From NCBI GenBank assembly GCA_963797095.1, contig CAWCNY010000005.1, positions 544,001 to 608,000 on the forward strand: a stretch of 64,000 nucleotides of DNA, read 5' to 3'. The stretch is from an uncultured Chloroflexia bacterium. GTDB lineage: Bacteria; Chloroflexota; Chloroflexia; QHBQ01; JADMIH01. A program made the translations under genes and the position numbers. This document shows positions 1-9,487 of the stretch, piece by piece; within the stretch, counting starts at the first letter, position 1, and every line of letters begins with the position of its first letter. The notes beneath the pieces are model-generated. The model was not told where the DNA came from. It searched no databases and saw only the letters and a list, made by a program, of their open reading frames with translations.

Positions 1-23
1 CCACTACCGGTTGCTCACAATGC

Positions 24-1199
24 ATGCCGACAAATGTACTTATGCAGGTTTACCCCGGTGCGGTTGGCGCAACCAGGGTCTGGAACACTGCGCCCTACCT
101 GCAAGGGCAGGGAGTAACAGTCGCAGTGGTGGACAGCGGTATAAATGCCAACCATTACGACCTGCAGACGCCTAATGGCTCAAGCCGCGTCGTCGCCCAA
201 GTCGAGTACAGCGCATCGGCCAACACCAACGACGGCTACGGCCACGGCACGCATGTAGCGGGCATCATCGGCGGCAACGGATCCAGTTCCAACGGCGGGT
301 ATATTGGCATCGCCCCCAAAGTAAGTCTTGTGAACGTCAAAGTCGGTGACGATGCGGGTAATATCCTGGAGTCGGATGTAGTCGCTGGGCTTGAGTGGAT
401 ATACAACCACCACGACACCTATAACATAAGGGTGGTCAATCTCTCGCTCACCAGTTCTACTCTCCTCCCCTATCTCCTCAGTCCCCTCGATGCGGCTGCT
501 GAAATTCTCTGGTTCAATCGCATTGTGGTGGTGGCCGCCGTGGGCAACACCAACCTGGCCGCTCTTTATCCACCCGGCAACGATCCTTTCGTGATCACGG
601 TTGGCGCGGTAGACGACCACGGCACGCCCTCTTTGGCCGACGACGAAGTAGCATCCTATTCGGCATGGGGGCCGGTGCTGGGTAGTCCAAACCTGCTCAA
701 GCCCGACCTGGTAGCCCCCGGCACGAATATCATCAGCACCCTCGCAAGCACAAACGCGGTCATTTACCGCGATCATCCGGCCAATCGAGTCAACACTGAC
801 TACTTCAGAATGTCGGGCACCTCGATGGCAACGCCAGTAGTGGCCGGGGCGGTGGCGATACTGCTACAAGACGAGCCGAACCTGAACCCAGACCAGGTAA
901 AGTATCGCCTTAAGTCGACAGCAAACCACAATATCTTCCAGTGGCACTACAACCTACTCAAGGCAGGCTCCGGTTACCTCGACATCTATGCTGCCGTGCA
1001 CGGCACAAGCACTCAAACCGCCAATACAGGCCAGATAGCGAGCCTTCTCCTATGGACCGGCCTTACGCCGCCGCTGTGGGGGTCCCATACCTGGGACTCG
1101 GTCAATTGGAGCTCGGTCAATTGGAGCTCGGTCAATTGGAGCTCGGTCAATTGGAGCAATGGAAGCTGGGGTGGTGACGAGTGGAACGTCCTGCGGTAG
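24..1199 (+). CDS. S8 subtilisin-like serine protease (AprX-like), probably 5'-truncated by the window edge
   Basis: Catalytic triad motifs VAVVDSG, HGTHVAGII and SGTSMATP. C-terminal Trp-rich (SVNWS)n tail. The frame is open to the window start. Confidence 0.93.
   Translation: MPTNVLMQVYPGAVGATRVWNTAPYLQGQGVTVAVVDSGINANHYDLQTPNGSSRVVAQVEYSASANTNDGYGHGTHVAGIIGGNGSSSNGGYIGIAPKVSLVNVKVGDDAGNILESDVVAGLEWIYNHHDTYNIRVVNLSLTSSTLLPYLLSPLDAAAEILWFNRIVVVAAVGNTNLAALYPPGNDPFVITVGAVDDHGTPSLADDEVASYSAWGPVLGSPNLLKPDLVAPGTNIISTLASTNAVIYRDHPANRVNTDYFRMSGTSMATPVVAGAVAILLQDEPNLNPDQVKYRLKSTANHNIFQWHYNLLKAGSGYLDIYAAVHGTSTQTANTGQIASLLLWTGLTPPLWGSHTWDSVNWSSVNWSSVNWSSVNWSNGSWGGDEWNVLR
1097..1157 (+). repeat. Perfect 15-bp tandem repeat CTCGGTCAATTGGAG x4, encoding SVNWS repeats
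   Basis: Read directly from the sequence. Confidence 0.95.
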
Positions 1200-1220
1200 C
1201 AAAGAGAGCTTGAGAGAGAC

Positions 1221-1245
1221 AAGGGACGGCCCAGCCGTCCCTTTT
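1221..1245 (+). terminator. Rho-independent terminator after the protease
   Basis: AAGGGACGGC-CCA-GCCGTCCCTT hairpin running into a T tract. Confidence 0.8.
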
Positions 1246-1333
1246 GCTGGTTTAGAAGTGCGGGCCAGGCGTGCGAATATGTATATCGTATTTGAAAGGG
1301 CTCTTGATGGTGCACTTGTAGTAAAATGGGCAT

Positions 1334-1936
1334 ATGGCCGCGGACCTATCAGCACTGGAACCCTTCACCTACGAGCAAAGATTTAGTGGTCTTTCCCTGG
1401 TAAGGAAGACGATTGCCGGGAAGGAGTTCGATACTTGCATATTCGTGGGGTGCAGCTTCGTTGAGTGCATCTTTGACGAATGCAAATTCCTGGATTGCAC
1501 ATTTGACGAGTGCATGATAAGCACGGCACAGCTCACGAACAGCTCCTTTGTCAATGTGCGATTTGTCGGGTGCAAGGTGATCGGTGTGGACTGGACACTG
1601 GCTTCCGTGTTGAGCGAATTGAGTTTTGATGGGTGCGTGTTGAACTTTTCCACGTTCAACTCTTTGAAGCTGAAGAAGCTCGTGTTGAAACGGTGTGAGT
1701 GCAAGGAAGCCGACTTCATCGAAACAGACCTAACCGATAGCGATTTCGAAGGGACTGATCTTGAGCGGTCGCGCTTCCAGAGAGCTAATTTGACCAGAGC
1801 CAACTTCAGAGGAGCGCAAAGGTACGATATCGATCTTCAGCAGAACAATGTGAAGGGCGCGAAGTTCTCGATGCCGGAGGTGCTTTCCTTGCTGAGGGTT
1901 TTCGGCATCGTACTTGTTGATTCGCCTGGTGAGTAG
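1334..1936 (+). CDS. Pentapeptide repeat protein (MfpA/Qnr-like fold)
   Basis: Continuous 5-residue periodicity (CxFxx, ADFIE, TDLTD, ANLTR). Confidence 0.9.
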   Translation: MAADLSALEPFTYEQRFSGLSLVRKTIAGKEFDTCIFVGCSFVECIFDECKFLDCTFDECMISTAQLTNSSFVNVRFVGCKVIGVDWTLASVLSELSFDGCVLNFSTFNSLKLKKLVLKRCECKEADFIETDLTDSDFEGTDLERSRFQRANLTRANFRGAQRYDIDLQQNNVKGAKFSMPEVLSLLRVFGIVLVDSPGE

Positions 1937-2040
1937 AGCGGGGCAGTTTGGGCGATGAAGGGACGGGCTGTAGACGTGGACATTAAGGGTGTGGTCTGGA
2001 CACGATTGCGGATTAGCACCAGCGCCAGGTAGTCACCAGA

Positions 2041-2706
2041 ATGCCTAATCAACTATCCAATTATCATAAGTGGGATGTGACCCCAGAAGAAGCCATAGCG
2101 ATACAAATTTCGCTGGCCGCACGCGCATCACTTACTCCCGACCTGAGGGATGTCCACTATGTTGCGGGCGTCGATAACAGCGCCACTGGAGTGGCCCGTT
2201 GTGCCATTGTGGTGCTCACCTACCCAGACCTGGAAACTGTCGAAATCGCCAGGGCCGAGAAGCCGCTGGTCTTCCCCTACGTCCCCGGCCTGCTCTCATT
2301 CCGCGAAGGTCCTGCAATCCTCGCAGCCTTCGATAAGCTTCAACACTGGCCCGACCTCGTCTTCTTCGACGGGCAGGGCATCTCTCACCCGCGCAGGCTG
2401 GGCATAGCCTCGCACATTGGTGTTCTCCTCGACCTCCCCACAATAGGCGTCGCGAAATCGCCTCTGTTCGTGCGTGGCGAGCAGCCCCCGCTCGAACCGG
2501 GCACCTGGACGCCCTGGCACGACCGCAAAGGCGATGTCCTGGCTGCCGCCCTTCGCAGCAAACGCAACTCCAAGCCTCTCTTTATCTCCGCAGGCCACAA
2601 GATGGACCTTCCCATGGCACTCCAATACGTACAAGCTACCCTCAAAGGCTACCGTCTCCCAGAACCAACGAGGCAAGCCCACAACGCCGCTGCGAACCGT
2701 GAGTAG
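2041..2706 (+). CDS. nfi: Endonuclease V (deoxyinosine 3' endonuclease)
   Basis: VAGVD, FPYVPGLLSFRE, DGQGISHPRRLGIASHIG, PTIGVAKS and YRLPEPTR motifs. Confidence 0.97.
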   Translation: MPNQLSNYHKWDVTPEEAIAIQISLAARASLTPDLRDVHYVAGVDNSATGVARCAIVVLTYPDLETVEIARAEKPLVFPYVPGLLSFREGPAILAAFDKLQHWPDLVFFDGQGISHPRRLGIASHIGVLLDLPTIGVAKSPLFVRGEQPPLEPGTWTPWHDRKGDVLAAALRSKRNSKPLFISAGHKMDLPMALQYVQATLKGYRLPEPTRQAHNAAANRE

Positions 2707-3312
2707 TTCATAAAGTAAGCGGCAAGCAATACGCAATATGCAGTAATTGCGCCCCTTCAACGGCTTGGCAGCAGATGAAAAATGAACCATTTAGGCACTT
2801 TTGTTGTGTTAAGTAGTGCAGAGGCGAAATGCACCCTGCACACCCCCTCAGGAAATGTGACCGATGTTGCAGGCTGTGCTTTTTTGCACAAGTACTTGCC
2901 AATCGCCTCACTTTGTGGTACTATGCCGGATAAGTGTGCCCGGTATATGCTCTGGAAGTTATCCGGTCGCATCCTGAAAATTCAATATCGCTTTGGATTA
3001 GTGCAAATCTTTGGAAGGGAGGTGGTAAGGACCTCAGGCAGGCGTAGACTGGGCAAGTTTACGCATGACGCATCACCCACTTATAACAAGTGACGCGTAG
3101 CCGTGAGGCATGAGGAACAGATAGACCCCAGGTAACATGAATTTGCAACCATGTTGCTTTTTGCAAACCGCCAGCGATCCATTGCCCACGGCACTTTGAT
3201 AGCGCACCAACTGTGTTATTAAGGAGCCGAGAGTCGCGAGCAACCTTTTCCGTGTGAGGATTTTAGCCTTTAGATTACCTTTTGGTTATACCAACAAAGG
3301 TAGGAGGAAAGA

Positions 3313-5763
3313 ATGAACGAAACAAAGCGTAATTGGGGCCGCGTAGCTCTTTACGCTAGCGTAGCCGGCGCATTGATGGTCTCCCTGGTTCCAGCAGGCG
3401 CTAGGCAGGCTGCAGCGCAAGGCACGTCCCGCAAAATCGGCGATTTCGATGTGACAGGCCGCTTCCTCGAAGTGTGGCAAGCCCAGGGTAATGACCAGGC
3501 TTCCACCTATGTCAACGGCCTCCCTATCACCGCTAGCCGCGCCGAGATTTCGACTGAAGACGGTAAATCGTACTCAACCCAGTGGTTCGAGCGCGCTAAG
3601 TATGAGGCTCACCCCGAAAATACAGCCCCCTACGACGTGCTCCTCGGCCGCCTCGGCGCTAACTTCGTCGAAGGCCGTGGCTCGATTGACGGCGAAACCG
3701 GTCAGGTCCGCAACCCAGCCGACGCTCCATTCGTGAAGGTAGATCAACCGAGCGATCTGAGCGCCACCAAGCTGTGGTTCCCCGAGACCGGACACACTAT
3801 CTCAGGCAAGATACTCCAGTACTGGCAGCAGTACGGTGGTCTTTCTCAGTTCGGCTATCCTCTGAGCGAAGCATTCGACGAGGTGTCGGCTACAGACGGC
3901 AAGACGTACAATGTGCAGTACTTCGAGCGAGCACGCTTCGAGGTACACCCTGAGAAGCAAGCCCCCTACGAGGTAGAGCTGGGTCTGCTGGGTGTGCAGC
4001 AGTACAAGACCACTCCTGTGGCCGCTGACCAGCTGCCTATCGCGCCTCCTCCGTCGATGACTTCCAGCAAGGATACCTACACCGGCGGTTCCCTCCAGGA
4101 GCCTGATACCCTGTTCTGCAACGAGGCCAATACAGTAGTGGCCCAGCGCTTCTGCGCCGCTATCACCTTCCAGGACGGCCTGGTGGGTGGCGACGACAAG
4201 GAAAACTACTTCCCGCTGGCAGCCTGGTATGTACCTACTCTTGAGAACGGCGGCTCGTTCTTCGTGGGCACCGGCGGCGACATGCACCTGGTGACCAAGT
4301 ACAAGCTGCGCAAGGGCATCAAGTGGAGCACCGGCACCGAGGTTACCTCGAACGATGCGGTCTTCTCCTATCAGTTGATCCTAAATGACCCCAACTCTAT
4401 CAGCACGTCAGTCCAAACAAAGATTTCTTTCGTTGACAACCCTGATAAGTACACGGTCATCTACAACTGGATGTCGCTAAACCAGGCCAAAGCCAAACTG
4501 GCTGATCCCGCCACAGACAAGGATCAGTTCAGCTTCCTGAACGTCTTCATCGACCAGAATAAGCCTGTTATCGACCTCAACTACTTCTTGATCGGTACAG
4601 TGCACGACAAGGCCGTACTGGAGAAAATTCCTATCGACAAGATCCAGGAATTGAGCGAAGGCCAAAAGCCGACCGGTTATGGCCCCTACATTGTCCAGGA
4701 ATGGAAGCAGGGCGATCAGATGACCCTGGTCAGGAACCCTAACTACAACCTGACCGCTCCCCCGTTGATCAACCGCATCATCAACCGCTTCAACACCGAC
4801 GTCAACGCCAATGTTAACGCGTTCTTGACCGGCCAGCTCGACGCTATCGAGAGCGAAGGCTTCGTAGTACCTCCCGATCAGTCTGACCAGATCACGGCTG
4901 CCGGTGGCGTGGTTTCTAGCGTGCCTGCCGCCTCCTGGGAGCACCTCGAGCCTGCGTTCGCAGACTGCCTCGACGGCTATTGCCAGTTCCAGGACCTGGC
5001 AGTGCGCCAGGCACTTCTGTATGGCATCAACCGAGATCAGATCGTCCAGACAGTGTTCAAGGGCGCTGGCGCCGTTATGAACGGCCCCAACCCGCCTGCA
5101 GTCTGGCACTCTCTGGAGAACCCTAACTTCGCCACGGAATTCCCGGATCTTGCTGCGAAGTACAAGCTGCCTGATTACCACTACGATCAGAACATGGCCA
5201 ACACGCTCCTGGATAACGATGGTTGGGTCATGGGCTCGGACGGCGTCCGCACCAAGGATGGTCAGAAGCTTACCTTCGAGTATGCAACCACCCGCAATAC
5301 CACCCGCCAGGCTATCCAGGCGCTCGTAGCAGCCGACCTGAAGGCCATCGGCATGGATCCGCAGGTAGTGAACTACCCGACAGGCTTCTTCGATCCGGAT
5401 GGCCCGAGGGCAACCCGCAAGGTCGAACTCGCCGAGTTCGCCTATGTGGGCACCTCCTCCACCAACAACGACCCGTATGACAGCAAGGAGTGGAACACCG
5501 ATACGTATGCCGGCCAGAACGAGCAGCACTACAAGAATGCCGCAGTGGACGACGCGAACCGCAAGTTCAGCGCCACCATTGACCGCAACGAGATCGCTGA
5601 GTACTCTGCCATCGTACAGGTCGAAATGATGAAGGACGCCGCCGTAGTACCTCTGGTACAGCGCGCCAACATCGAAATCTACTCCGGCAACCTTATGAAC
5701 CGCAAGACCACCAACACCTCGATCGCTCAGTGGTGGAACATCGGCTCGTGGTACTTCAAATAA
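3313..5763 (+). CDS. Peptide/nickel ABC transporter substrate-binding protein (family 5) with N-terminal Chloroflexota-type surface repeats
   Basis: Signal peptide; two 'Q(W/Y)FERA..E.HPE...PY.V.LG.LG' modules plus FPETGH; SBP_bac_5 features (PTGYGPY, VRQALLYGINR, GWVMGSDGVRTKDGQKL). Confidence 0.9.
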   Translation: MNETKRNWGRVALYASVAGALMVSLVPAGARQAAAQGTSRKIGDFDVTGRFLEVWQAQGNDQASTYVNGLPITASRAEISTEDGKSYSTQWFERAKYEAHPENTAPYDVLLGRLGANFVEGRGSIDGETGQVRNPADAPFVKVDQPSDLSATKLWFPETGHTISGKILQYWQQYGGLSQFGYPLSEAFDEVSATDGKTYNVQYFERARFEVHPEKQAPYEVELGLLGVQQYKTTPVAADQLPIAPPPSMTSSKDTYTGGSLQEPDTLFCNEANTVVAQRFCAAITFQDGLVGGDDKENYFPLAAWYVPTLENGGSFFVGTGGDMHLVTKYKLRKGIKWSTGTEVTSNDAVFSYQLILNDPNSISTSVQTKISFVDNPDKYTVIYNWMSLNQAKAKLADPATDKDQFSFLNVFIDQNKPVIDLNYFLIGTVHDKAVLEKIPIDKIQELSEGQKPTGYGPYIVQEWKQGDQMTLVRNPNYNLTAPPLINRIINRFNTDVNANVNAFLTGQLDAIESEGFVVPPDQSDQITAAGGVVSSVPAASWEHLEPAFADCLDGYCQFQDLAVRQALLYGINRDQIVQTVFKGAGAVMNGPNPPAVWHSLENPNFATEFPDLAAKYKLPDYHYDQNMANTLLDNDGWVMGSDGVRTKDGQKLTFEYATTRNTTRQAIQALVAADLKAIGMDPQVVNYPTGFFDPDGPRATRKVELAEFAYVGTSSTNNDPYDSKEWNTDTYAGQNEQHYKNAAVDDANRKFSATIDRNEIAEYSAIVQVEMMKDAAVVPLVQRANIEIYSGNLMNRKTTNTSIAQWWNIGSWYFK

Positions 5764-5775
5764 GGTCTAGCGACC

Positions 5776-5819
5776 TATAGAGCCTGGCTCTGTAAGTTAT
5801 AGAGCCTGGCTCTGTAAGT
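5776..5819. repeat. 22-bp direct repeat x2 (TATAGAGCCTGGCTCTGTAAGT); each unit is nearly palindromic
   Basis: Read directly from the sequence. Confidence 0.9.
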
Positions 5820-5825
5820 CAAAAT

Positions 5826-5870
5826 GGATACGGCCCGACCTCGCGATGCGAGCGAGGGCCGTATCCTTTC
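5826..5870 (+). terminator. Probable terminator hairpin after the SBP gene
   Basis: GGATACGGCCC ... GGGCCGTATCC inverted repeat followed by TTT. Confidence 0.65.
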
Positions 5871-5908
5871 ACCTCAACACGTGCAACACATGTGACACCT
5901 GCAATATG

Positions 5909-5937
5909 TGTAACCAGCGCAAGACGTATCGCGTATT
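5909..5937 (+). promoter_or_regulatory. Putative ECF-sigma promoter TGTAAC-N17-CGTATT
   Basis: Same architecture as the motif upstream of the ECF sigma gene at 38969. Confidence 0.45.
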
Positions 5938-5948
5938 ATCTATCAGAA

Positions 5949-6614
5949 ATGGCATCATTCGCATTCATCAAGAGAATAGTACGACGTTGGACCAAAGACA
6001 GCTACGATCCGGCGGCGGATAATGACCGAAGTTACGAGGATGCGTTGCTCGATTTGAATATACGTCGCTATATGCAAACCGAGTACGGTCTGGCAGAGCC
6101 TCCACATGGCGTGTTCGGCAAGGTCCTGGCCGCTATCAGATCGAATAGTGCTGCTGCAACCTCGATCCGCATAAGACTTGAACATCGCCTGGGCAAATTG
6201 GCGTCCGCATTCTACAATGCCCTTACCAGGCCCAGCGCGGCCTCCAGACTTGTGCCCGGACTCGTTGCCTTTGGCTTTGTGATAGCAGTGCTCACTTCCA
6301 ACTCTCATAATTTGCTCTTCAACATTAACAGCTTAGGCAGTTCAAATTCATCTACATATAATCACTCATTCGAATTCGACCCGCACGACCTGGTAGCTAC
6401 CAAACTTGCCGAGCAGGCCGCGAAAGATCAGGCCACCATCCGGGGCAACGTCCCAGAAGGCTTATCCCAATTTTACCCGCCTGCGAACGTGGCATTTTAT
6501 CACCCAGTAGAAAGACACCTGGCTCCTAAACTACATACCAATACCAGTAGCGATACCAACAAGCAGGAAACCGACACCGATTACTTCCTGGTAACAAATG
6601 GCGCAGGTTACTAG
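5949..6614 (+). CDS. Hypothetical single-pass membrane protein with anti-sigma-like layout
   Basis: 222-codon ORF from ATG 5949; 'EPPHGVFGKVLAAI' segment followed by one hydrophobic helix (LVPGLVAFGFVIAVL). Confidence 0.6.
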   Translation: MASFAFIKRIVRRWTKDSYDPAADNDRSYEDALLDLNIRRYMQTEYGLAEPPHGVFGKVLAAIRSNSAAATSIRIRLEHRLGKLASAFYNALTRPSAASRLVPGLVAFGFVIAVLTSNSHNLLFNINSLGSSNSSTYNHSFEFDPHDLVATKLAEQAAKDQATIRGNVPEGLSQFYPPANVAFYHPVERHLAPKLHTNTSSDTNKQETDTDYFLVTNGAGY

Positions 6615-6678
6615 CTTAGCCCGCAAGCCTGCCTGCCGTAGTTAAGCTGACAATTCAGTGTAGCGATCTCCTCGCTCG

Positions 6679-6718
6679 AAGGTTAGAAACAGGGTAGACC
6701 CTGTATTTCTAACCTTTT
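6679..6718 (+). terminator. Rho-independent terminator
   Basis: AAGGTTAGAAA...TTTCTAACCTT inverted repeat with T run. Confidence 0.7.
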
Positions 6719-6894
6719 CCATATACCTTCTCTCGCATAACCTCATTAATTGAACAAAAATGCCCAGTGATTCGTTGATTAATTGAACCGGCTTTGCTCC
6801 AAATATGTGTATAGGATAGAAGCGAGCGGAGGCCGTGCGAGAGCGCGCCTTCTCGCATACCCATATCTATCAGCTAGGAATGCATAGCAGGGTA

Positions 6895-6924
6895 TTGACA
6901 CAGACCTATACTTCTTGATAAACT
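6895..6924 (+). promoter_or_regulatory. Sigma70-type promoter of the permease genes
   Basis: TTGACA-N18-TAAACT with an extended -10 TG. Confidence 0.55.
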
Positions 6925-7060
6925 CGCTACAATCTGCGACGCAAACAGCTGATTAATAAGATCGTGCTCATGTTACTTCGTTGCTTCGTTACTCCGTTCG
7001 CAGATGTTTGGCAGCACCCTATAGACCCGACAAGGGATTATCTCATCACAGGAGACAATT

Positions 7061-8173
7061 ATGGCAACATATATCATTCGGCGCTTCATACAGGGGCTTA
7101 TCGTCTTGGTGCTGGCAACCTTCGTGATCTACAGCATCCTGGTGATTACTCCTGGTGGACCCGCCGATCAGGTCGCTGAGCTAAAGGTGCTGAGCGGTAG
7201 TTCCAGGCCGATCAATGCCAACTACCTTGAAAACCTGCTCAAAGCCTACAAGCTCGATTCCCCATATCCGATCAATTACCTTCGCTGGCTGTTCGATCCA
7301 ACCGACACTACTTATATCGATCCTGATGATGGCAACCTCGTCAAGACGAAGGGCATCGATATCACCATCTTCGGCCTGGAAATAAAGGGCGCGGGCGCTC
7401 TCACCGGAGATTTCGGCAACTCCGTTCAGATACAGAAAGGCTCTCCTGTGATGCAGTTGATGGGCGACAAGTTGGGCAATACACTTGCGCTCACCAGCAG
7501 CTCCCTTCTCCTATCCATCCTGATCGCCTTTCCAATCGGCATTATTGCCGCAATCAGGCAGTATTCGCGGTTGGACTACGCGGTGACAGCCTTCTCGTTC
7601 GTGGGACTCTCGATGCCGACCTTCTGGCTCGGCCTGATGCTCGCGATCTTTCTGGGCGTGCTCGCAAAGGAGGCGCACGATGCAGGTGCGACCTGGTTGC
7701 CGTATCTACCCGTGGGCTTCGCCTACGACACTGACCAGGACAGCAATATCATCAACCGCATCTACCACCTGATCTTACCGGTCACCGTGCTGTCCTTCGT
7801 CAACATAGCTTCCTATTCTCGCTATGTACGCTCCTCAATGCTGGAAGTGTTGCGCCAGGACTACGTGCGCACGGCCTGGGCCAAGGGCCTTGCTCAAAGA
7901 ACGGTGATTTTGCGCCACGCACTCCGAAACGCCCTGATCCCCGTGATTACGGTCGTTACGCTGTCGCTGCCGTTCCTGTTCTCCGGTGCAATAGCCACCG
8001 AGACGGTATTCTCGTATCCGGGAATGGGCAAGCTCTTCATCCTGGCTATCACAGTCCTGGATGTACCGCTGATTATGGCCTTCCTCCTGATAATTACAAC
8101 CCTGATCATCGTGTCCAACATACTGGCCGATGTACTGTATGCGGTCGCTGACCCGAGGATCCACTACAGCTAA
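7061..8173 (+). CDS. Peptide ABC transporter permease (OppB/DppB family)
   Basis: GDFGNS, SMPTFWLG, RSSMLEVLRQDYVRTAWAKGL, HALRNALIP. Confidence 0.95.
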   Translation: MATYIIRRFIQGLIVLVLATFVIYSILVITPGGPADQVAELKVLSGSSRPINANYLENLLKAYKLDSPYPINYLRWLFDPTDTTYIDPDDGNLVKTKGIDITIFGLEIKGAGALTGDFGNSVQIQKGSPVMQLMGDKLGNTLALTSSSLLLSILIAFPIGIIAAIRQYSRLDYAVTAFSFVGLSMPTFWLGLMLAIFLGVLAKEAHDAGATWLPYLPVGFAYDTDQDSNIINRIYHLILPVTVLSFVNIASYSRYVRSSMLEVLRQDYVRTAWAKGLAQRTVILRHALRNALIPVITVVTLSLPFLFSGAIATETVFSYPGMGKLFILAITVLDVPLIMAFLLIITTLIIVSNILADVLYAVADPRIHYS

Positions 8174-8274
8174 TATGTGATACTTCAGAACACAAACCAA
8201 GTTGCGTATCACGTATCAAGCACCCACCAGACAGACAGCACCCCTGCAGTAAAAATCCCCAATAGGAGAATGAA

Positions 8275-9309
8275 ATGGCTACAGCAGTTGGAACAGCAGA
8301 AAGAGAACGATTAGCCCCGGCTGAACAGAGTCAGTTGGCCGTAACCTGGCGGCGGTTCAGAAGGCACAAATTAGGCGTCGCCGGTATGATCTCGTTGATA
8401 TTGATGGCAATAGCTGTGATCGTAGTGCCATTCCTCACCGGCTGGACCTACGATGGGATCGACCGTGATGCTTTGCTGCCCGATCCGTCTAACCCGGCCA
8501 CAATCGCCAGCTACGAATTCAAGCCAGCCCTGTGGGTAGACACGAGCGTCATTGACGGCACTCACCAGATGCACGTGCTCGGTACAGACAAAGTTGGACG
8601 CGATAACCTCACCCGCCTCTTCCAGGGTGGGCGAATATCGCTGTCGGTGGGCCTGATAACTACCGTTATGGTGATCATAATCGGCTCCATCGTTGGCGCG
8701 CTGGCAGGCTTCTATGGAGGTTGGGTAGACACACTCTTGATGCGCTTCGTTGACCTGTTGCTCTCGCTACCGACTCTGCCTATCCTCCTTGTCATCTCCA
8801 AGATGCTCGATCAGTCGGGTGTCATGAAGAATTTATTCGGGCGAGACCTGGGTACGGTAGCTACCATCATCCTGGTGCTGACTCTGTTCGGCTGGCTGGG
8901 CGTCAGCAGGTTGGTGCGCGGCTCTATCCTGTCGCTCAGGTCTCTTGACTTCGTGGAGGCAACGAGGGCGCTTGGAGCCAACAATCGTCGTATCATCCTG
9001 CGCCACCTCATGCCCAACTCTCTCGCCCCTATCATCGTGGCCGCCACACTCGCCGTCGGAGACTTTATCATCACCGAGTCGTTCCTCTCCTTCCTCGGCC
9101 TCGGTATCCAGGAACCGACGCCCTCCTGGGGCAACCTGCTTCAGGGCGCACTTGAGTATGCTGCCCAGATCACCAACATCAACCCAACGGAGGAAATACG
9201 CGGATACCTGGTGCTCTTCCCAGGCATCCTCATCCTGATCACTGTGCTCTCCATCAACTTCATGGGCGATGCCCTCCGCGACGCTCTCGACCCTCGCCTC
9301 AAGATGTAG
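8275..9309 (+). CDS. Peptide ABC transporter permease (OppC/DppC family)
   Basis: LGTDKVGRD, FVEATRALGA (EAA loop), SFLGLG, PSWG, GDALRDALDP. Confidence 0.95.
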   Translation: MATAVGTAERERLAPAEQSQLAVTWRRFRRHKLGVAGMISLILMAIAVIVVPFLTGWTYDGIDRDALLPDPSNPATIASYEFKPALWVDTSVIDGTHQMHVLGTDKVGRDNLTRLFQGGRISLSVGLITTVMVIIIGSIVGALAGFYGGWVDTLLMRFVDLLLSLPTLPILLVISKMLDQSGVMKNLFGRDLGTVATIILVLTLFGWLGVSRLVRGSILSLRSLDFVEATRALGANNRRIILRHLMPNSLAPIIVAATLAVGDFIITESFLSFLGLGIQEPTPSWGNLLQGALEYAAQITNINPTEEIRGYLVLFPGILILITVLSINFMGDALRDALDPRLKM

Positions 9310-9357
9310 CCTTATTTCGGAAGAAACATGGGTCATCCCAAATTTCGGGGAGGGGCT

Positions 9358-9411
9358 TTCTAAAAAGAGGCGAAATTGGCGGCTAGCCGCCAATTTCGCC
9401 TCTTTTTAGAA
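9358..9411. terminator. Perfect 54-bp palindrome, likely a bidirectional terminator between convergent genes
   Basis: TTCTAAAAAGAGGCGAAATTGGCGGCT|AGCCGCCAATTTCGCCTCTTTTTAGAA. Confidence 0.75.
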
Positions 9412-9487
9412 CCAGATTGCACGCCTGCGAAGCTGAATCTAAAATTCGGGCTGTTTCATGTTGGTTAAGGTTAATATCTCCGATTTA

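Noticed and set aside
1334-1936. Qnr-type quinolone resistance gene
   Set aside because: The pentapeptide fold alone does not establish function, and there is no mobile or resistance context.
3190-3206. Second sigma54 site (GG-N10-GC) upstream of the SBP gene
   Set aside because: The -12 element reads TAGC rather than TTGC, so it is too weak to call.
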